Shown here in pieces: positions 1-10,100 of a DNA stretch of 17,061 nucleotides. The stretch lies in the NCBI GenBank assembly GCA_020351835.1, contig CP070669.1, positions 2,107,918 to 2,124,978 of the forward strand. The letters are read 5' to 3'. Numbering within the stretch: the first letter of the stretch is position 1; each line of letters begins with the position of its first letter. Origin of the DNA: Nitrospirota bacterium (GTDB lineage Bacteria > Nitrospirota > Thermodesulfovibrionia > Thermodesulfovibrionales > BMS3Bbin05). Position numbers and translations under genes: made by a program. The notes beneath the pieces were generated by a model. That model ran no database searches. It was not told where the DNA came from and saw only the letters and a program-made list of their open reading frames with translations.

Positions 1-2830
1 ACGATTCGGCCTTAGCGTAAGCTATACCGAAATCCGCGTCGATCCCCATCACCTCTCCTGTAGACTTCATCTCGGGGCCGAGGATAGTATCGACATTAGA
101 GAACCTGTCGAAAGGAAAGACAGCCTCCTTCACGGCAATATGCTCTATGACAGGGTCATTAACAAGTCCCAGGTCCTTCAGCTTTCGTCCGGCCATTACC
201 TTAGCTGCCATCTTAGCAAGCGGTATCCCCGTAGCCTTGCTCACATAGGGTATGGTCCTTGAAGCTCTCGGATTGACCTCAAGAATGTAAATATCATTAT
301 CCTTCACGGCGAACTGGACGTTCATCAGGCCTATTACTCCAAGTTCCATGGCAAGCTCTCTGGCCTGTTTCTTTATCTCTTCGACCACCGGTGTCCCGAG
401 CGAATAAGGAGGTATTGAGCACGCCGAGTCACCTGAATGCACTCCCGCCGCCTCGATATGCTCCATGACTCCTCCGATGATGACATCATCTTCATCCGAC
501 AGAGCATCCACATCTACCTCGGTAGCATCCACTATATATTTATCCACAAGTACAGGATGTTCGGGGGAGGCCTTGACTGCCCTTTGCATATAATCTATAA
601 GGGATGCTTCATCATAAACTATCTCCATCGCCCTCCCGCCCAGCACATAAGACGGTCTGACCATACATGGATAACCTATCTCAGAAGCCACACTTACCGC
701 TTCATCAGAGCTCATTGCTGTTCCACTGTCGGGCTGTTTAAGTCCCAGCTTGTGCAGGAGATCTTTGAACCTCTTACGGTCCTCTGCTCTGTCGATGGCA
801 TCTGGAGGTGTGCCAAGTATCTTTACCCCTTCCTTTTCAAGAGGGACGGCAAGCTTAAGAGGTGTCTGCCCTCCGAACTGCACTATTACGCCCTCGGGCC
901 TCTCGACCTCTATTATGTTCATTACATCCTCAAGCGTAAGCGGTTCAAAATATAACCTGTCGGATGTATCATAATCCGTACTGACAGTTTCCGGATTGCA
1001 GTTGACCATTATTGTCTCGAAGTCCTCTTCCTTAAGTGAGAAAACGGCATGTACACAGCAATAGTCGAACTCTATCCCCTGCCCTATCCTGTTAGGGCCG
1101 CTGCCGAGTATCATTACTTTCTTCCTTTCTGAAGGTAACGATTCACATTCTGTGACAGGGGTCTGCGCTTTTTTGCCTTTCAGTATGCTCCTGAACGGCT
1201 TTTCATAAGTGGAATAAAGGTACGGTGTGTACGCTTCGAACTCGGCGGCACAGGTATCGACCATCTTGTAGACGCCTCTCATGCCGGCAGACGCTCTGGC
1301 GCCGCGTATATCTTTCTCTTCAACACCTACCAGCTCAGCTATCCTTCTGTCCGAAAATCCCATGGACTTTGACTTAAGAAGCATATCGCGGTCTTCCATG
1401 ATCCTGTTCCCCTTCTCAGAGATTATCGCTTCGAACTCTACTATCTCGCGCATATTATTAAGGAACCATGGATCGATCATCGTTATCTCATATATCTCGC
1501 CAATGTTCATTCCACGACGGATAGCCTCAGCTACATACCATATCCTGTCGCTGTTAGGCACCTTCATCTTCTCCCTCAGTTCCTCATCGTCACAGTCCCT
1601 GTTCTCCAACCCATAGCTATCCAGTTCGAGGCTCCTTATTGCCTTTTGAAATGACTCCTTAAAAGTCCTTCCTATTGACATGACCTCACCTACGGACTTC
1701 ATCTGGGTCGTAAGCGTCGGGTCGGTCTCCGGGAACTTCTCGAAAGCGAAACGGGGCACCTTGGTCACTACGTAATCTATGGTAGGCTCGAAGCTCGCGG
1801 GGGTCTCTCTCGTTATATCGTTCTTTATCTCGTCAAGGGTAAGCCCTATCGCAAGCTTTGCCGCGATCTTAGCTATGGGGAAACCCGTCGCCTTTGAAGC
1901 AAGCGCTGAGGATCTCGACACACGCGGGTTCATCTCAATAACTACCATCCTGCCGTCCTCAGGGTTAAGGGCGAACTGTATATTACTGCCCCCGGTATCC
2001 ACTCCTATCTCCCTTATGATATCTATAGATGCATCCCTCATCCTCTGATACTCTTTGTCACTCAGGGTCTGTGCCGGGGCAACGGTTATCGAATCACCGG
2101 TGTGAACACCCATCTGGTCAAAATTCTCTATAGAACAGATGATGACGACATTATCGGCATTGTCCCTCATTACTTCGAGCTCGAACTCCTTCCATCCTAT
2201 AATGGATTCTTCAACAAGTACCTGACTGACAGGGCTGAGCTTAAGGGCGTTCTCAAGCAACACTTTATACTCTTCCATATTGTATGCAACGGCCCCTCCG
2301 GTACCTCCCAGCGTGAACGCCGGCCTTAATATAGCAGGGAACCCTATCTTGTCGATTATATCCATACCATCATCCATCTTCTCCACAGCCGCTGACACAG
2401 GCAGGTCAAGACCTATCTTATACATCGCATCCCTGAACAGGTCACGGTCCTCTGCTTTCTTGATGGCCGGAAGCTTCGCCCCGATAAGCTCTACCCCGTA
2501 TTTATCAAGGACACCTCCTTCGGACAGTTCTACGGCGAGATTAAGTGCGGTCTGGCCTCCCATCGTGGGCAGAATAGCGTCAGGCCTTTCCTTCTCTATA
2601 ATGAGCTCAAGTATCTCTTTCGTTAAGGGCTCAACATATGTTGAATCTGCCATCTCGGGGTCGGTCATAATTGTGGCCGGATTGGAGTTCACCAGTATCA
2701 CCCTGTAGCCCTCTTCCCTGAGGGCCTTGCAAGCCTGTGCGCCCGAGTAATCGAACTCGCACGCCTGACCTATCACGATCGGCCCCGACCCGATTATAAG
2801 AATGTTTTTTATGTCATCTCTCTTAGGCAT
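1..2830 (-). CDS. carB: Carbamoyl-phosphate synthase large subunit, C-terminus cut off by the left window edge
   Basis: Reverse-strand frame starting at ATG 2828-2830 reads [29 protein letters not shown]..., the canonical CarB N-terminus. The left end reads ...[27 protein letters not shown], a canonical CarB motif. It is absent from the ORF track because the stop codon is outside the window. Confidence 0.97.
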   Translation of the reverse strand, partial: MPKRDDIKNILIIGSGPIVIGQACEFDYSGAQACKALREEGYRVILVNSNPATIMTDPEMADSTYVEPLTKEILELIIEKERPDAILPTMGGQTALNLAVELSEGGVLDKYGVELIGAKLPAIKKAEDRDLFRDAMYKIGLDLPVSAAVEKMDDGMDIIDKIGFPAILRPAFTLGGTGGAVAYNMEEYKVLLENALKLSPVSQVLVEESIIGWKEFELEVMRDNADNVVIICSIENFDQMGVHTGDSITVAPAQTLSDKEYQRMRDASIDIIREIGVDTGGSNIQFALNPEDGRMVVIEMNPRVSRSSALASKATGFPIAKIAAKLAIGLTLDEIKNDITRETPASFEPTIDYVVTKVPRFAFEKFPETDPTLTTQMKSVGEVMSIGRTFKESFQKAIRSLELDSYGLENRDCDDEELREKMKVPNSDRIWYVAEAIRRGMNIGEIYEITMIDPWFLNNMREIVEFEAIISEKGNRIMEDRDMLLKSKSMGFSDRRIAELVGVEEKDIRGARASAGMRGVYKMVDTCAAEFEAYTPYLYSTYEKPFRSILKGKKAQTPVTECESLPSERKKVMILGSGPNRIGQGIEFDYCCVHAVFSLKEEDFETIMVNCNPETVSTDYDTSDRLYFEPLTLEDVMNIIEVERPEGVIVQFGGQTPLKLAVPLEKEGVKILGTPPDAIDRAEDRKRFKDLLHKLGLKQPDSGTAMSSDEAVSVASEIGYPCMVRPSYVLGGRAMEIVYDEASLIDYMQRAVKASPEHPVLVDKYIVDATEVDVDALSDEDDVIIGGVMEHIEAAGVHSGDSACSIPPYSLGTPVVEEIKKQARELAMELGVIGLMNVQFAVKDNDIYILEVNPRASRTIPYVSKATGIPLAKMAAKVMAGRKLKDLGLVNDPVIEHIAVKEAVFPFDRFSNVDTILGPEMKSTGEVMGIDADFGIAYAKAES

Positions 2831-2841
2831 ATATCCTTCTG

Positions 2842-3447
2842 TCAGGTCTTCACCACATAACTGTTCAGAGTATCTACCACTTTTTTTGCCTCGGCATCGG
2901 AAGTAGTCGTGAAAACGACCTGATCGCTGTCTGCAAAGCGGGCAACTACGTTATAGAACTCCTTTACCTCTCCAAAGCCCGGGATCACAGTCCCGTGCTG
3001 AAGCGCTATCTTCTCTACCACGGCCACGCCATCAGGGTTTTCGGGCTCTATCCTTATATATTCGACATCGAACTGTCTTAGTTCGCTAAAGTCTTTTCCA
3101 ATGACCCTGCTTCCCAGGTTCCTTTTAAGGGTAAGAGTGACGACACCTGACCCCTTGTCGACCTCGGTAATAAGAACGGGGGCCTTGAATATGAACGTCC
3201 GGGACAACGGGAATATTATCACAAATATGACCGCTGCAACCAGGTAATGTATAAGACCGATCTCTCCAAGAACAGCCATAGAAATGAGATATATAACGAT
3301 AAACACAGCCGACACAAAACTTGAAGCGAGTTCCTTATTGAATATACCGCTATGAAGGACACTGCCCCTGTCCACCTTAAACGATGATGTCTGAAGCATT
3401 ACACTGTCCGCTCCTGTCCTTATCTCATGTCCTCCTTCAAGTCCCAC
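2842..3447 (-). CDS. Conserved membrane protein of unknown function inserted between carA and carB. The annotated start is GTG; an internal ATG at 3397-3399 is an alternative start.
   Basis: Open frame of 201 aa filling the carA-carB gap. Two hydrophobic segments ([22 protein letters not shown] and [17 protein letters not shown]) are followed by a soluble domain. Short spacing to both neighbours. Confidence 0.75.
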   Translation of the reverse strand: MGLEGGHEIRTGADSVMLQTSSFKVDRGSVLHSGIFNKELASSFVSAVFIVIYLISMAVLGEIGLIHYLVAAVIFVIIFPLSRTFIFKAPVLITEVDKGSGVVTLTLKRNLGSRVIGKDFSELRQFDVEYIRIEPENPDGVAVVEKIALQHGTVIPGFGEVKEFYNVVARFADSDQVVFTTTSDAEAKKVVDTLNSYVVKT

Positions 3448-3453
3448 CGGGTT

Positions 3454-4578
3454 TTATCCTTTCAAGATCAACTCTTTGAATCTGTTGAATATATGCGAGG
3501 AATCGTGAGGGCCCGGGCCAGCCTCGGGATGATGCTGCACTGAAATGACAGGGAGTTCCACATGCTCCATGCCTTCCTCGGTACCGTCATAAAGGTTCCT
3601 GTGTGTAAGCTTTACTTTATCCCCGAGGCTCTTTATATCAACGCAATAGTTATGGTTCTGGGAAGTTATCTCAACTCTTCCGGTTGCAAGGTCCTTCACG
3701 GGATGGTTCCCGCCATGGTGGCCGAACTTCAATTTATATGTATCTCCGCCCATAGCAAGACCGAGGATCTGGTGTCCCAGGCATATACCGAACACCGGTT
3801 TCTTACCCAGAAGTTTTTTTGCATTTTCTATCCCGTACTTAACAGCTCCGGGATCACCGGGGCCGTTGCTCAAAAAGACCCCGTCGGGATCCATCTCCAG
3901 AACTTTGTCTGCCGGCGTCCTGGCCGGAACGACCTTGATATCGAAACCGGCATCATTCATGTGACGCAATATGTTCAGCTTGACCCCGAAATCATAAACT
4001 ACCACTGTGGGTAAGCGACCCTTGTTGCTCTTGTCTTCCGATCCATGCTCCCACCTCCAGACGCTTTCATGAGGATTATACTCTTTTTTTGACGTTACCA
4101 GCTCGACAAGATCAACCCCGTCTATGCCGGGATGCTGTCTGACCTTATCTAACAGGTACTCGGGCTCTGATCCCGTTGATGAGATAACACCCATCTGGGC
4201 GCCGTTATCCCTGATATGTCTCGTGAGCGCTCTGGTATCTATCCCCTGAATGCCTACTATTCCGTTGTCCTCAAGATATTGTCCGAGCGAACCCCTGGAG
4301 CGCCAGTTGCTCGGATACTCGAGGTACTCCTTTACGATAAATCCCTCGACCTTAGGACCACCTATCGATTCGATGTCCTCCTCGTTAACCCCGTAATTAC
4401 CCATCTGAGTATAGGTCATAGTTACTATCTGCCCCTTATATGAGGGATCGGTAAGGATCTCCTGATAACCAGTCATGGATGTATTGAACACTACCTCTCC
4501 TATGGTCTCTCCGAACGCGCCGAAGGGCTCTCCATCAAATACTGTACCGTCCTTAAGTACCAGACAGGCCTTCTTCAT
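3454..4578 (-). CDS. carA: Carbamoyl-phosphate synthase small (glutaminase) subunit
   Basis: 374 aa: LKDGTVFDGEPFG...GEVVFNTSMTGYQEILTDPSY, LSNGPGDPGAV and glutaminase nucleophile motif VFGICLGHQILGLAMG...QHHPEAGPGPHDS. Confidence 0.98.
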   Translation of the reverse strand: MKKACLVLKDGTVFDGEPFGAFGETIGEVVFNTSMTGYQEILTDPSYKGQIVTMTYTQMGNYGVNEEDIESIGGPKVEGFIVKEYLEYPSNWRSRGSLGQYLEDNGIVGIQGIDTRALTRHIRDNGAQMGVISSTGSEPEYLLDKVRQHPGIDGVDLVELVTSKKEYNPHESVWRWEHGSEDKSNKGRLPTVVVYDFGVKLNILRHMNDAGFDIKVVPARTPADKVLEMDPDGVFLSNGPGDPGAVKYGIENAKKLLGKKPVFGICLGHQILGLAMGGDTYKLKFGHHGGNHPVKDLATGRVEITSQNHNYCVDIKSLGDKVKLTHRNLYDGTEEGMEHVELPVISVQHHPEAGPGPHDSSHIFNRFKELILKG

Positions 4579-5870
4579 CTCTCATCCACCATGAGGTCGT
4601 GAACTTTCCCCTTGCATAAGGTCATTACCGGCCTCCCCTTTAATATCATGCCGTTAAAAGGCGTGTTCTTTCCCTTTGATAAGAATCTATCGCAGTCGAC
4701 CTCGAACTCTGCTTCTCTGTCCACGATAACTACATCGGCATCTGATCCCTCGCTCAACGTTCCCTTATTCAATCCAAGGATAGACGCAGGCGACAGAGAC
4801 ATCTTTGATACCAGTCCGTTCATATCCAGTACACCTTGCACAACGAGTCCGAGGCTCATTGACAGGGCCGTCTCGAGACCCGATATCCCTGGGGCGGCCT
4901 TATCGAACTCGCAAAGCTTCTCATCCTGATGATGGGGAGCATGGTCCGTAGCTATAACATCTATTGTTCCATCGGAAAGGCCTCGTTTTATAGCTTCCAC
5001 ATCCCTATCGGTCCGGAGAGGAGGATTGACCTTTGCAAAGGTGTTATATCCCATTGCCAATTCTTCTGTGGTCGTGAAATAGTGAGGACATGTTTCCGCA
5101 GTAACGTTTATTCCATCGCTTTTTGCCCTTCTGACCGCCTCCACCCCCTCTTCTGTTGATATATGCGCAATATGCAGCCTTCCTCCGGTAAGACCGGCAA
5201 GATCGATGTCCCTTTTTATCATGATTATTTCGGCTTCGCGGGGTATTCCCTTTAATCCGAGAAGGTTAGACAACCTTCCCTCGTTCATTACGCCATCCGC
5301 CGACAGCGAACTATCCTCTGCATGAGATATTACCGGCGTGCCGAAGACCTTGGTGTACTCAAGTGCCCTTCTCATGATCATGCTGTTCATTACCGGACGG
5401 CCGTCATCAGAGAAAGCAATACATCCGGCATCGAACATCATCCCCATCTCCGCAAGTTCGGCACCTTCCTGTCCCTTGGTTATTGCTCCTATCGGATACA
5501 CATAACAGGACCCTTCGGCAAAGGCCTTCCTCAGGATGAACTCCGTAACGGTCTCATTATCATTTACCGGTTTTGTATTAGGCATGCAGCATACTGAAGT
5601 AAATCCCCCCCTTACAGCGGCCAGTGTACCGGTCCGTATCGTCTCCTTATACTCGAAGCCGGGCTCCCTAAGATGAACGTGCATGTCAACAAGACCAGGC
5701 ATTACGTAAAGACCTGACGCATCTACTATCCTGATCTCAGGATCGTTGGCCTTTACCTTTATGTTCTTCCCTGTCTTTAATATTGTACGGCCCTCGACAA
5801 GCAGGTCACCTTTGGAATCCAGTCCCTGCGAGGGATCTACGATATGCCCGTTCCTGATAAGAACCTTCAT
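4575..5870 (-). CDS. pyrC: Dihydroorotase
   Basis: 431 aa with metal-binding [43 protein letters not shown] and [12 protein letters not shown]. Overlaps carA by 4 nt. Confidence 0.97.
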   Translation of the reverse strand: MKVLIRNGHIVDPSQGLDSKGDLLVEGRTILKTGKNIKVKANDPEIRIVDASGLYVMPGLVDMHVHLREPGFEYKETIRTGTLAAVRGGFTSVCCMPNTKPVNDNETVTEFILRKAFAEGSCYVYPIGAITKGQEGAELAEMGMMFDAGCIAFSDDGRPVMNSMIMRRALEYTKVFGTPVISHAEDSSLSADGVMNEGRLSNLLGLKGIPREAEIIMIKRDIDLAGLTGGRLHIAHISTEEGVEAVRRAKSDGINVTAETCPHYFTTTEELAMGYNTFAKVNPPLRTDRDVEAIKRGLSDGTIDVIATDHAPHHQDEKLCEFDKAAPGISGLETALSMSLGLVVQGVLDMNGLVSKMSLSPASILGLNKGTLSEGSDADVVIVDREAEFEVDCDRFLSKGKNTPFNGMILKGRPVMTLCKGKVHDLMVDER

Positions 5871-6802
5871 TGCTCTTTCTCCTTTGACCTGCCCAGGAGA
5901 TAAATAACGGCCATCCGTACGGCAACACCGTTCGTCACCTGCTCAAGAATGACCGAACGCTCATCATCAGCCACCTCCGATGCGATCTCTATGCCTCTGT
6001 TCATCGGTCCCGGATGCATCACTATAGCCTCAGGATCCGCCATATTCAGTCTTTCACGTGTAAGGCCCCAGAACCTGGAATACTCATCGCTTGACGGGAG
6101 GAACCCTCCTCCCTGTCTTTCCCTCTGTATCCGAAGCATCATTATCACATCAGCTCCCTTTAGCCCTTCATCCATGTCATAATGGATATCGATACCCTCT
6201 TCGTTTATATGAGAAGGCACGAACGTGGGAGGGGCTATAAGTCTGACCTCGGCACCGAGCTCCCTGAGGCAATATATGTTCGATTTGGCAACCCGGCTGT
6301 GAAGGATATCACCTACTATGGCTATCTTTAGCCCTTCGATCTGTGTCTTATGCTCCATGATCGTAAATGCATCGAGGAGGGCCTGGGTCGGATGTTCGTT
6401 TATCCCGTCACCTGCATTAAGTACCGATGCATCAGAGTGCTGAGCTATAAAATGCGGTACGCCGCTTGAGGCATGGCGTATTATTATGTAATCAACTCCA
6501 TATGACTCGATAGTAGCGATAGTATCCAGAAGGCTCTCTCCTTTTACCACGCTGCTTGTAGGGACAGAAAAGTTCACAACATCGGTGCTCAATCTCTTTG
6601 CAGCAAGCTCAAAAGATGTTCTCGTCCTTGTCGAAGGCTCGAAAAAAAGATTGAACACCGTTCGTCCGCGAAGGGCCGGGACCTTCTTAATGTCACGCTT
6701 CAGAACGTCCTTAAAACCCGAGGCCGTTTCAAGAACAAGGGATATCTGCTCTCTGGTCATTCCCCTTATGCCAAGAAGGTCCTTTTGTCCAAGCGAGCTC
6801 AC
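5867..6802 (-). CDS. pyrB: Aspartate carbamoyltransferase catalytic subunit
   Basis: 311 aa with carbamoyl-phosphate binding motif [19 protein letters not shown], and [12 protein letters not shown] and [11 protein letters not shown]. Overlaps pyrC by 4 nt. Confidence 0.98.
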   Translation of the reverse strand: MSSLGQKDLLGIRGMTREQISLVLETASGFKDVLKRDIKKVPALRGRTVFNLFFEPSTRTRTSFELAAKRLSTDVVNFSVPTSSVVKGESLLDTIATIESYGVDYIIIRHASSGVPHFIAQHSDASVLNAGDGINEHPTQALLDAFTIMEHKTQIEGLKIAIVGDILHSRVAKSNIYCLRELGAEVRLIAPPTFVPSHINEEGIDIHYDMDEGLKGADVIMMLRIQRERQGGGFLPSSDEYSRFWGLTRERLNMADPEAIVMHPGPMNRGIEIASEVADDERSVILEQVTNGVAVRMAVIYLLGRSKEKEQ

Positions 6803-7347
6803 TCTTCACCCTCTGATCTTTTCAATATTACCTCGTCCTTTCCTGCATCTTCCTTGAACACAACCTCTATCGTTTCGTTCTTTGAGGTCGGGATATTCTT
6901 CCCGGCATAATCAGCCCTTATCGGAAGTTCTCTGTGTCCACGGTCTATCAATACCGCAAGCTGAATTACCGCGGGCCTGCCTATGTCCATCAATGCGTCC
7001 ATAGCCGCTCTTATGGACCTGCCGGTAAAAAACACGTCATCTACAAGGATGACTACCTTTCCGTTAATATCGAAAGGGACATCGGTCCTTCTTATCCTCG
7101 GCTGCTCGTCCCGTATGTCCAGGTCATCCCTGTACATCGCTATGTCAAGAGTGCCGACCTGTACTTTCTGCCCCTCTATCAGATCTATCCTATCGGAGAG
7201 CCTCCTCGCCATATGAACCCCTCCCCTCTGTATACCGATCAGGCAGACATCCACAACCCCCTTATTGTTCTCTATTATCTCGTGCGCTATTCTGGATATA
7301 GCCCGTTCCATGTCGCTCTTGTCCAGCAGTATTTTAGGATCTGTCAT
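6799..7347 (-). CDS. pyrR: Bifunctional pyrimidine operon regulator PyrR / uracil phosphoribosyltransferase
   Basis: 182 aa with PRPP-binding motif [23 protein letters not shown]-terminal [14 protein letters not shown]...[15 protein letters not shown]. First gene of the pyr operon, overlaps pyrB by 4 nt. Confidence 0.96.
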   Translation of the reverse strand: MTDPKILLDKSDMERAISRIAHEIIENNKGVVDVCLIGIQRGGVHMARRLSDRIDLIEGQKVQVGTLDIAMYRDDLDIRDEQPRIRRTDVPFDINGKVVILVDDVFFTGRSIRAAMDALMDIGRPAVIQLAVLIDRGHRELPIRADYAGKNIPTSKNETIEVVFKEDAGKDEVILKRSEGEE

Positions 7348-7380
7348 AGGTCATTCCCCGATCAATAAAGGTCTTTGGAC

Positions 7381-7413
7381 AAAAAAAAACCTTTCCCCGA
7401 TCAGAGGAAAGGT
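7381..7413 (-). terminator. Intrinsic terminator in the 5' leader of pyrR (attenuator)
   Basis: Minus strand: ACCTTTCC-TCTGATCGG-GGAAAGGT (8-bp stem, arms 7406-7413 and 7389-7396) followed directly by an 8-nt T tract (7381-7388). It lies about 35 nt upstream of the pyrR start codon. Confidence 0.85.
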
Positions 7414-7447
7414 CTCGTTATTATCTTTTTTTCCAACAGTATCTCCT

Positions 7448-7484
7448 TTACCTTATTAGCCGCGCGGGACTAATTTAAAAGTAA
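7448..7484 (-). promoter_or_regulatory. PyrR-binding-loop-like anti-antiterminator hairpin in the pyr leader
   Basis: Minus strand UUACUUU-UAAA-UUAG-UCCCGCGCGG-CUAA-U-AAGGUAA. The outer stem UUACUUU/AAGGUAA (7478-7484 / 7448-7454) has one U-G pair; the inner stem is UUAG/CUAA. The core AGUCCCGCGCGGCU (7458-7471) closely resembles the B. subtilis-type PyrR binding loop AGUCCAGAGAGGCU and is followed by an UAAGG element. Confidence 0.75.
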
Positions 7485-7493
7485 TGCTTGTCT

Positions 7494-7522
7494 ATTAAAG
7501 CATATCCGGAAGAAATTGTCAA
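7494..7522 (-). promoter_or_regulatory. Sigma70-type promoter for the pyr operon
   Basis: Minus strand TTGACA (7517-7522), 17-nt spacer, TTTAAT (7494-7499). The predicted start near 7487 is just upstream of the PyrR-binding-like hairpin. Confidence 0.75.
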
Positions 7523-7558
7523 AAAAGACATACTCCGGTCGAGATACAGTTTTGATGG

Positions 7559-8542
7559 TCAAACGATCGCCAGCATCTTGTCGAGTGCCTCTTTGGCGGG
7601 GACCCTGATATCCTCGGGGACCTTGATAACATTTACCATGTTCTCAAGGGCGTTCACGACACTTTCAAGACGCGTCTTCTTCATGTTAGGACATATCATG
7701 TCCTTTCTCAGCGGGTGGAACATCTTCCCGGGGTTCTCTTTCCCTAGCCTGTACATCAGGCCTACCTCCGTACCCACTATGAACTCTTTAGCATCAGATC
7801 CCCTGGCAAACCTGAGCATCCCTGAAGTGCTCGTTACATGATCGGCGGCCTCACAGACCTCGAGCCGGCATTCCGGATGTGCCATCAGGACCGCATCAGG
7901 ATGGTCAGCTCGCGCTTTCTCAACATCCTTTACAGTGATCCTGTCATGTACATGGCAGAAACCATCCCATGCAATGATCTTCTTGCCGGTGTTCCTGGCC
8001 GCCCACATTGACAGGTTCTTGTCCGGTATGCAAATGATCTCCTCCTGCGGGATGGATTCAATGACCTTAATTACATTTGATGACGTGCAACATATATCAC
8101 TCTCGGCCTTGATGTCCGCTGTTGTATTAACGTAGGTCACTACCGCCGCATCAGGATATTTCTCCTTTATATCCCTCAGGGTAAAATCGTGGGGGAAAAC
8201 GAAAGCCGGCTGCTCAGTATAACCCGGGAAGTTCTTCCATACCTTCCTCTCACCCCTTACTCTGATCATATCTGCCATGGGGCAGTTCGCTTCAAGTTCC
8301 GGAAGCAATACCGTTTTATCGGGAGAAAGGATCGAAGCGCTCTCAGCCATAAAATTGACACCGCAGAACACTATTACATCGCAGTCCACCCCGGCGGCCT
8401 GCCTTGACAGCTCAAGAGAGTCGCCAGTAAAGTCCGCTATGTCCTGAACCTCGTCCCTCTGGTAATTATGCGCAAGTATAACGGCGTTGCGCTTTTTCTT
8501 CAAACTGATGATCCGGTCCTGGAGAACTGCGATATCGGTCAT
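7559..8542 (-). CDS. nadA: Quinolinate synthase (4Fe-4S)
   Basis: 327 aa: ILAHNYQRDEVQDIADFTGDSLELSR, VFCGVNFMAESA, HPECRLEV and DMICPNMKKT, the characteristic NadA cysteine and active-site motifs. Confidence 0.97.
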   Translation of the reverse strand: MTDIAVLQDRIISLKKKRNAVILAHNYQRDEVQDIADFTGDSLELSRQAAGVDCDVIVFCGVNFMAESASILSPDKTVLLPELEANCPMADMIRVRGERKVWKNFPGYTEQPAFVFPHDFTLRDIKEKYPDAAVVTYVNTTADIKAESDICCTSSNVIKVIESIPQEEIICIPDKNLSMWAARNTGKKIIAWDGFCHVHDRITVKDVEKARADHPDAVLMAHPECRLEVCEAADHVTSTSGMLRFARGSDAKEFIVGTEVGLMYRLGKENPGKMFHPLRKDMICPNMKKTRLESVVNALENMVNVIKVPEDIRVPAKEALDKMLAIV

Positions 8543-9247
8543 CTAAAAGCTTTCATCCGTGAACTCAAGGGGGGTGTCAGTAAAGAGAAGCGTGCCGTCG
8601 CTCAGAACGATCTTGAATATCGGCCTGGATATGGCGTCTTTTTTCATCGGCACATAGCTGAACCTTTCCTCACCGCCGTACAGTGCCAGTATCTTTCTTA
8701 CATATTTGTATGTCTCCGTGTTCTTCGAGAAGTTTACTTTCTTCATCACCCTCGTAGGTCCGGCGTTGTATGCGGCAAGGGACTTTCGAAGGTCCCCCTT
8801 GAACATGTCAAGAAGCATCCTGAAGTATCTTACCCCTCCGGAAATGTTCTCCTCAGGGTCGAACGGATCACTAACAGAAAGGGATTTGGCCGTCATAGGC
8901 ATAAGCTGCATCAACCCCATTGCACCCTTTGAGGAGATCGCCTCGGGATACCAGTTCGATTCAACCGTGATCATGGCCCTTATGAGCTCGGGGTCTACGG
9001 AGTATTCTTCAGCTAATCTTTTGGCAATGGGGAAATATTTACCTACGTTCTTATAGAAATTGCCCTTCACCAAATTAAGGCTGTTTGAAGCGTACTGCTT
9101 GGACCTGGATAAAAGGCTTGCACTACCTTCATAAGGGATATCCGAGTACACTATAACACCTTCAGCATTCTCGTACCTGTAAATATCGGCTGTTACCGGA
9201 CTACATAATGATAACAATACAATTAAAAGAATAGAGCTCCTCAACAT
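8543..9247 (-). CDS. Exported lytic transglycosylase (SLT/GEWL domain) with an N-terminal DUF4124-like segment
   Basis: Signal peptide MLRSSILLIVLLSLCSPVTA, then DIYRYENAEGVIVYSDIPYEG, then SLT motifs ITVESNWYPEAISSKGAMGLMQLMPMTA...NISGGVRYFRMLLDMFKGDLRKSLAAYNAGP. The stop codon abuts the nadA start. Confidence 0.93.
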   Translation of the reverse strand: MLRSSILLIVLLSLCSPVTADIYRYENAEGVIVYSDIPYEGSASLLSRSKQYASNSLNLVKGNFYKNVGKYFPIAKRLAEEYSVDPELIRAMITVESNWYPEAISSKGAMGLMQLMPMTAKSLSVSDPFDPEENISGGVRYFRMLLDMFKGDLRKSLAAYNAGPTRVMKKVNFSKNTETYKYVRKILALYGGEERFSYVPMKKDAISRPIFKIVLSDGTLLFTDTPLEFTDESF

Positions 9248-9253
9248 ACTGTG

Positions 9254-9282
9254 ACTATAGCACTATCAGATAAATAAGTCAA
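9254..9282 (-). promoter_or_regulatory. Sigma70-type promoter for the lytic transglycosylase-nadA pair
   Basis: Minus strand TTGACT (9277-9282), 17-nt spacer, TATAGT (9254-9259), ending 6 nt before the ATG at 9245-9247. Confidence 0.65.
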
Positions 9283-9346
9283 TATTTACAATGTGTTATG
9301 GCACCGATATTAAAGCCGGCCCGCTTAAAGGCAACAAGGGGAACTT

Positions 9347-9634
9347 TTAGTGACCTTTTGAAGCATTTATCCTGATAAGAAACACCAGTTCCCCGGCCGA
9401 TTCCTTCGTATCGATCATCTCATGGCCATACCTTCCGGCAAAGGATATCATATCAGCTTTCGATCCCGGGTCCGATGAAATAATCTTAAGGACCTGACCA
9501 TCTGCCATTTGCCCTATCTCCTTTTTAGCACTGAGTACGGGTATGGGACAGTTGAACCCCTTAACATCTAAAGTTCTGTCAGCCCGGTGTTCTTCCTTTA
9601 GTTCATCTGGTCCATTATCTTTATCAATATCCAT
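9347..9634 (-). CDS. TusA-like sulfur carrier/sulfurtransferase family protein
   Basis: 95 aa with the TusA/SirA signature LDVKGFNCPIPVLSAKKEIGQMADGQVLKIISSDPGSKADMISF (CPxP motif). A GGGG-type Shine-Dalgarno lies upstream. Confidence 0.88.
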   Translation of the reverse strand: MDIDKDNGPDELKEEHRADRTLDVKGFNCPIPVLSAKKEIGQMADGQVLKIISSDPGSKADMISFAGRYGHEMIDTKESAGELVFLIRINASKGH

Positions 9635-9777
9635 TAATTACCCCTTTGTCACAGGATAAATCATAATTCTATTCAGGACCAAATTGCAATTCATCTGCAA
9701 TTGATTATAATTCAGATCAAAACCCATAAATACATTTGTCTTGACAAGCCATTGATCTTTCATGTAAAAGTAATAAC

Positions 9778-10086
9778 ATGAAAAGATATAAATCACTTAT
9801 ACCGCTACTCCTGGTCAGTATATTCACTTTTTTTGTTATCGTGCCGGTCAATATTGCTGAGTCAGGTGATGACTGGAAGGATGAACTGAGAGAAGTATGC
9901 TCAAAGGTCCAGATAGCGGATGAGCTCAGTATCAAGGAGCTTCAGGACCTCATAGCTCAGGCAGATGAGCTGACGATCAAGATAAGCACATCAGGGGACA
10001 GAAGGATGAAGATATTCGTGATGAGACTTCAGAAGTGCAAGTCATTTTTTGAGTTTACGATAGAGACAAAAGAGCCAAAGAAGTGA
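9778..10086 (+). CDS. Small exported protein of unknown function
   Basis: 102 aa with signal-peptide-like N-terminus MKRYKSLIPLLLVSIFTFFVIVPVNIAES, charged helical remainder with two cysteines, convergent with the next gene. The overlapping reverse ORF 9717-9935 looks less plausible. Confidence 0.6.
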   Translation: MKRYKSLIPLLLVSIFTFFVIVPVNIAESGDDWKDELREVCSKVQIADELSIKELQDLIAQADELTIKISTSGDRRMKIFVMRLQKCKSFFEFTIETKEPKK

Positions 10087-10100
10087 ACCTGCCGTGTCTG

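Noticed and set aside
437-2708. Plus-strand ORFs 437-955, 750-974, 1281-1616, 1779-2048, 2102-2329 and 2280-2708
   Set aside because: They lie antisense to the continuous, motif-rich carB frame. Their translations are low-complexity (Ser/Ile rich) shadow frames without recognisable domains.
7354-7403. 11-nt direct repeat TTCCCCGATCA (7354-7364 and 7393-7403) in the pyr leader
   Set aside because: Short. One copy lies in the terminator stem-loop and the other near the ribosome-binding region. Could matter for translation but no clear mechanism can be supported.
3562-8932. Plus-strand ORFs 3562-4014, 4216-4443, 4612-4929, 4929-5159, 5322-5597, 5949-6182, 6585-6857, 6934-7368, 6983-7216, 7265-7459, 7488-7841, 7935-8135, 8189-8407 and 8468-8932
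   Set aside because: Almost all are entirely or mostly antisense to confidently identified pyr, car, nadA or lytic transglycosylase genes. 7265-7459 and 7488-7841 extend into the pyr leader but carry no recognisable protein motif.
9717-9935. Minus-strand 72-aa ORF overlapping the small exported protein
   Set aside because: No domain or signal peptide. The plus-strand ORF has a better N-terminus, although neither is certain.
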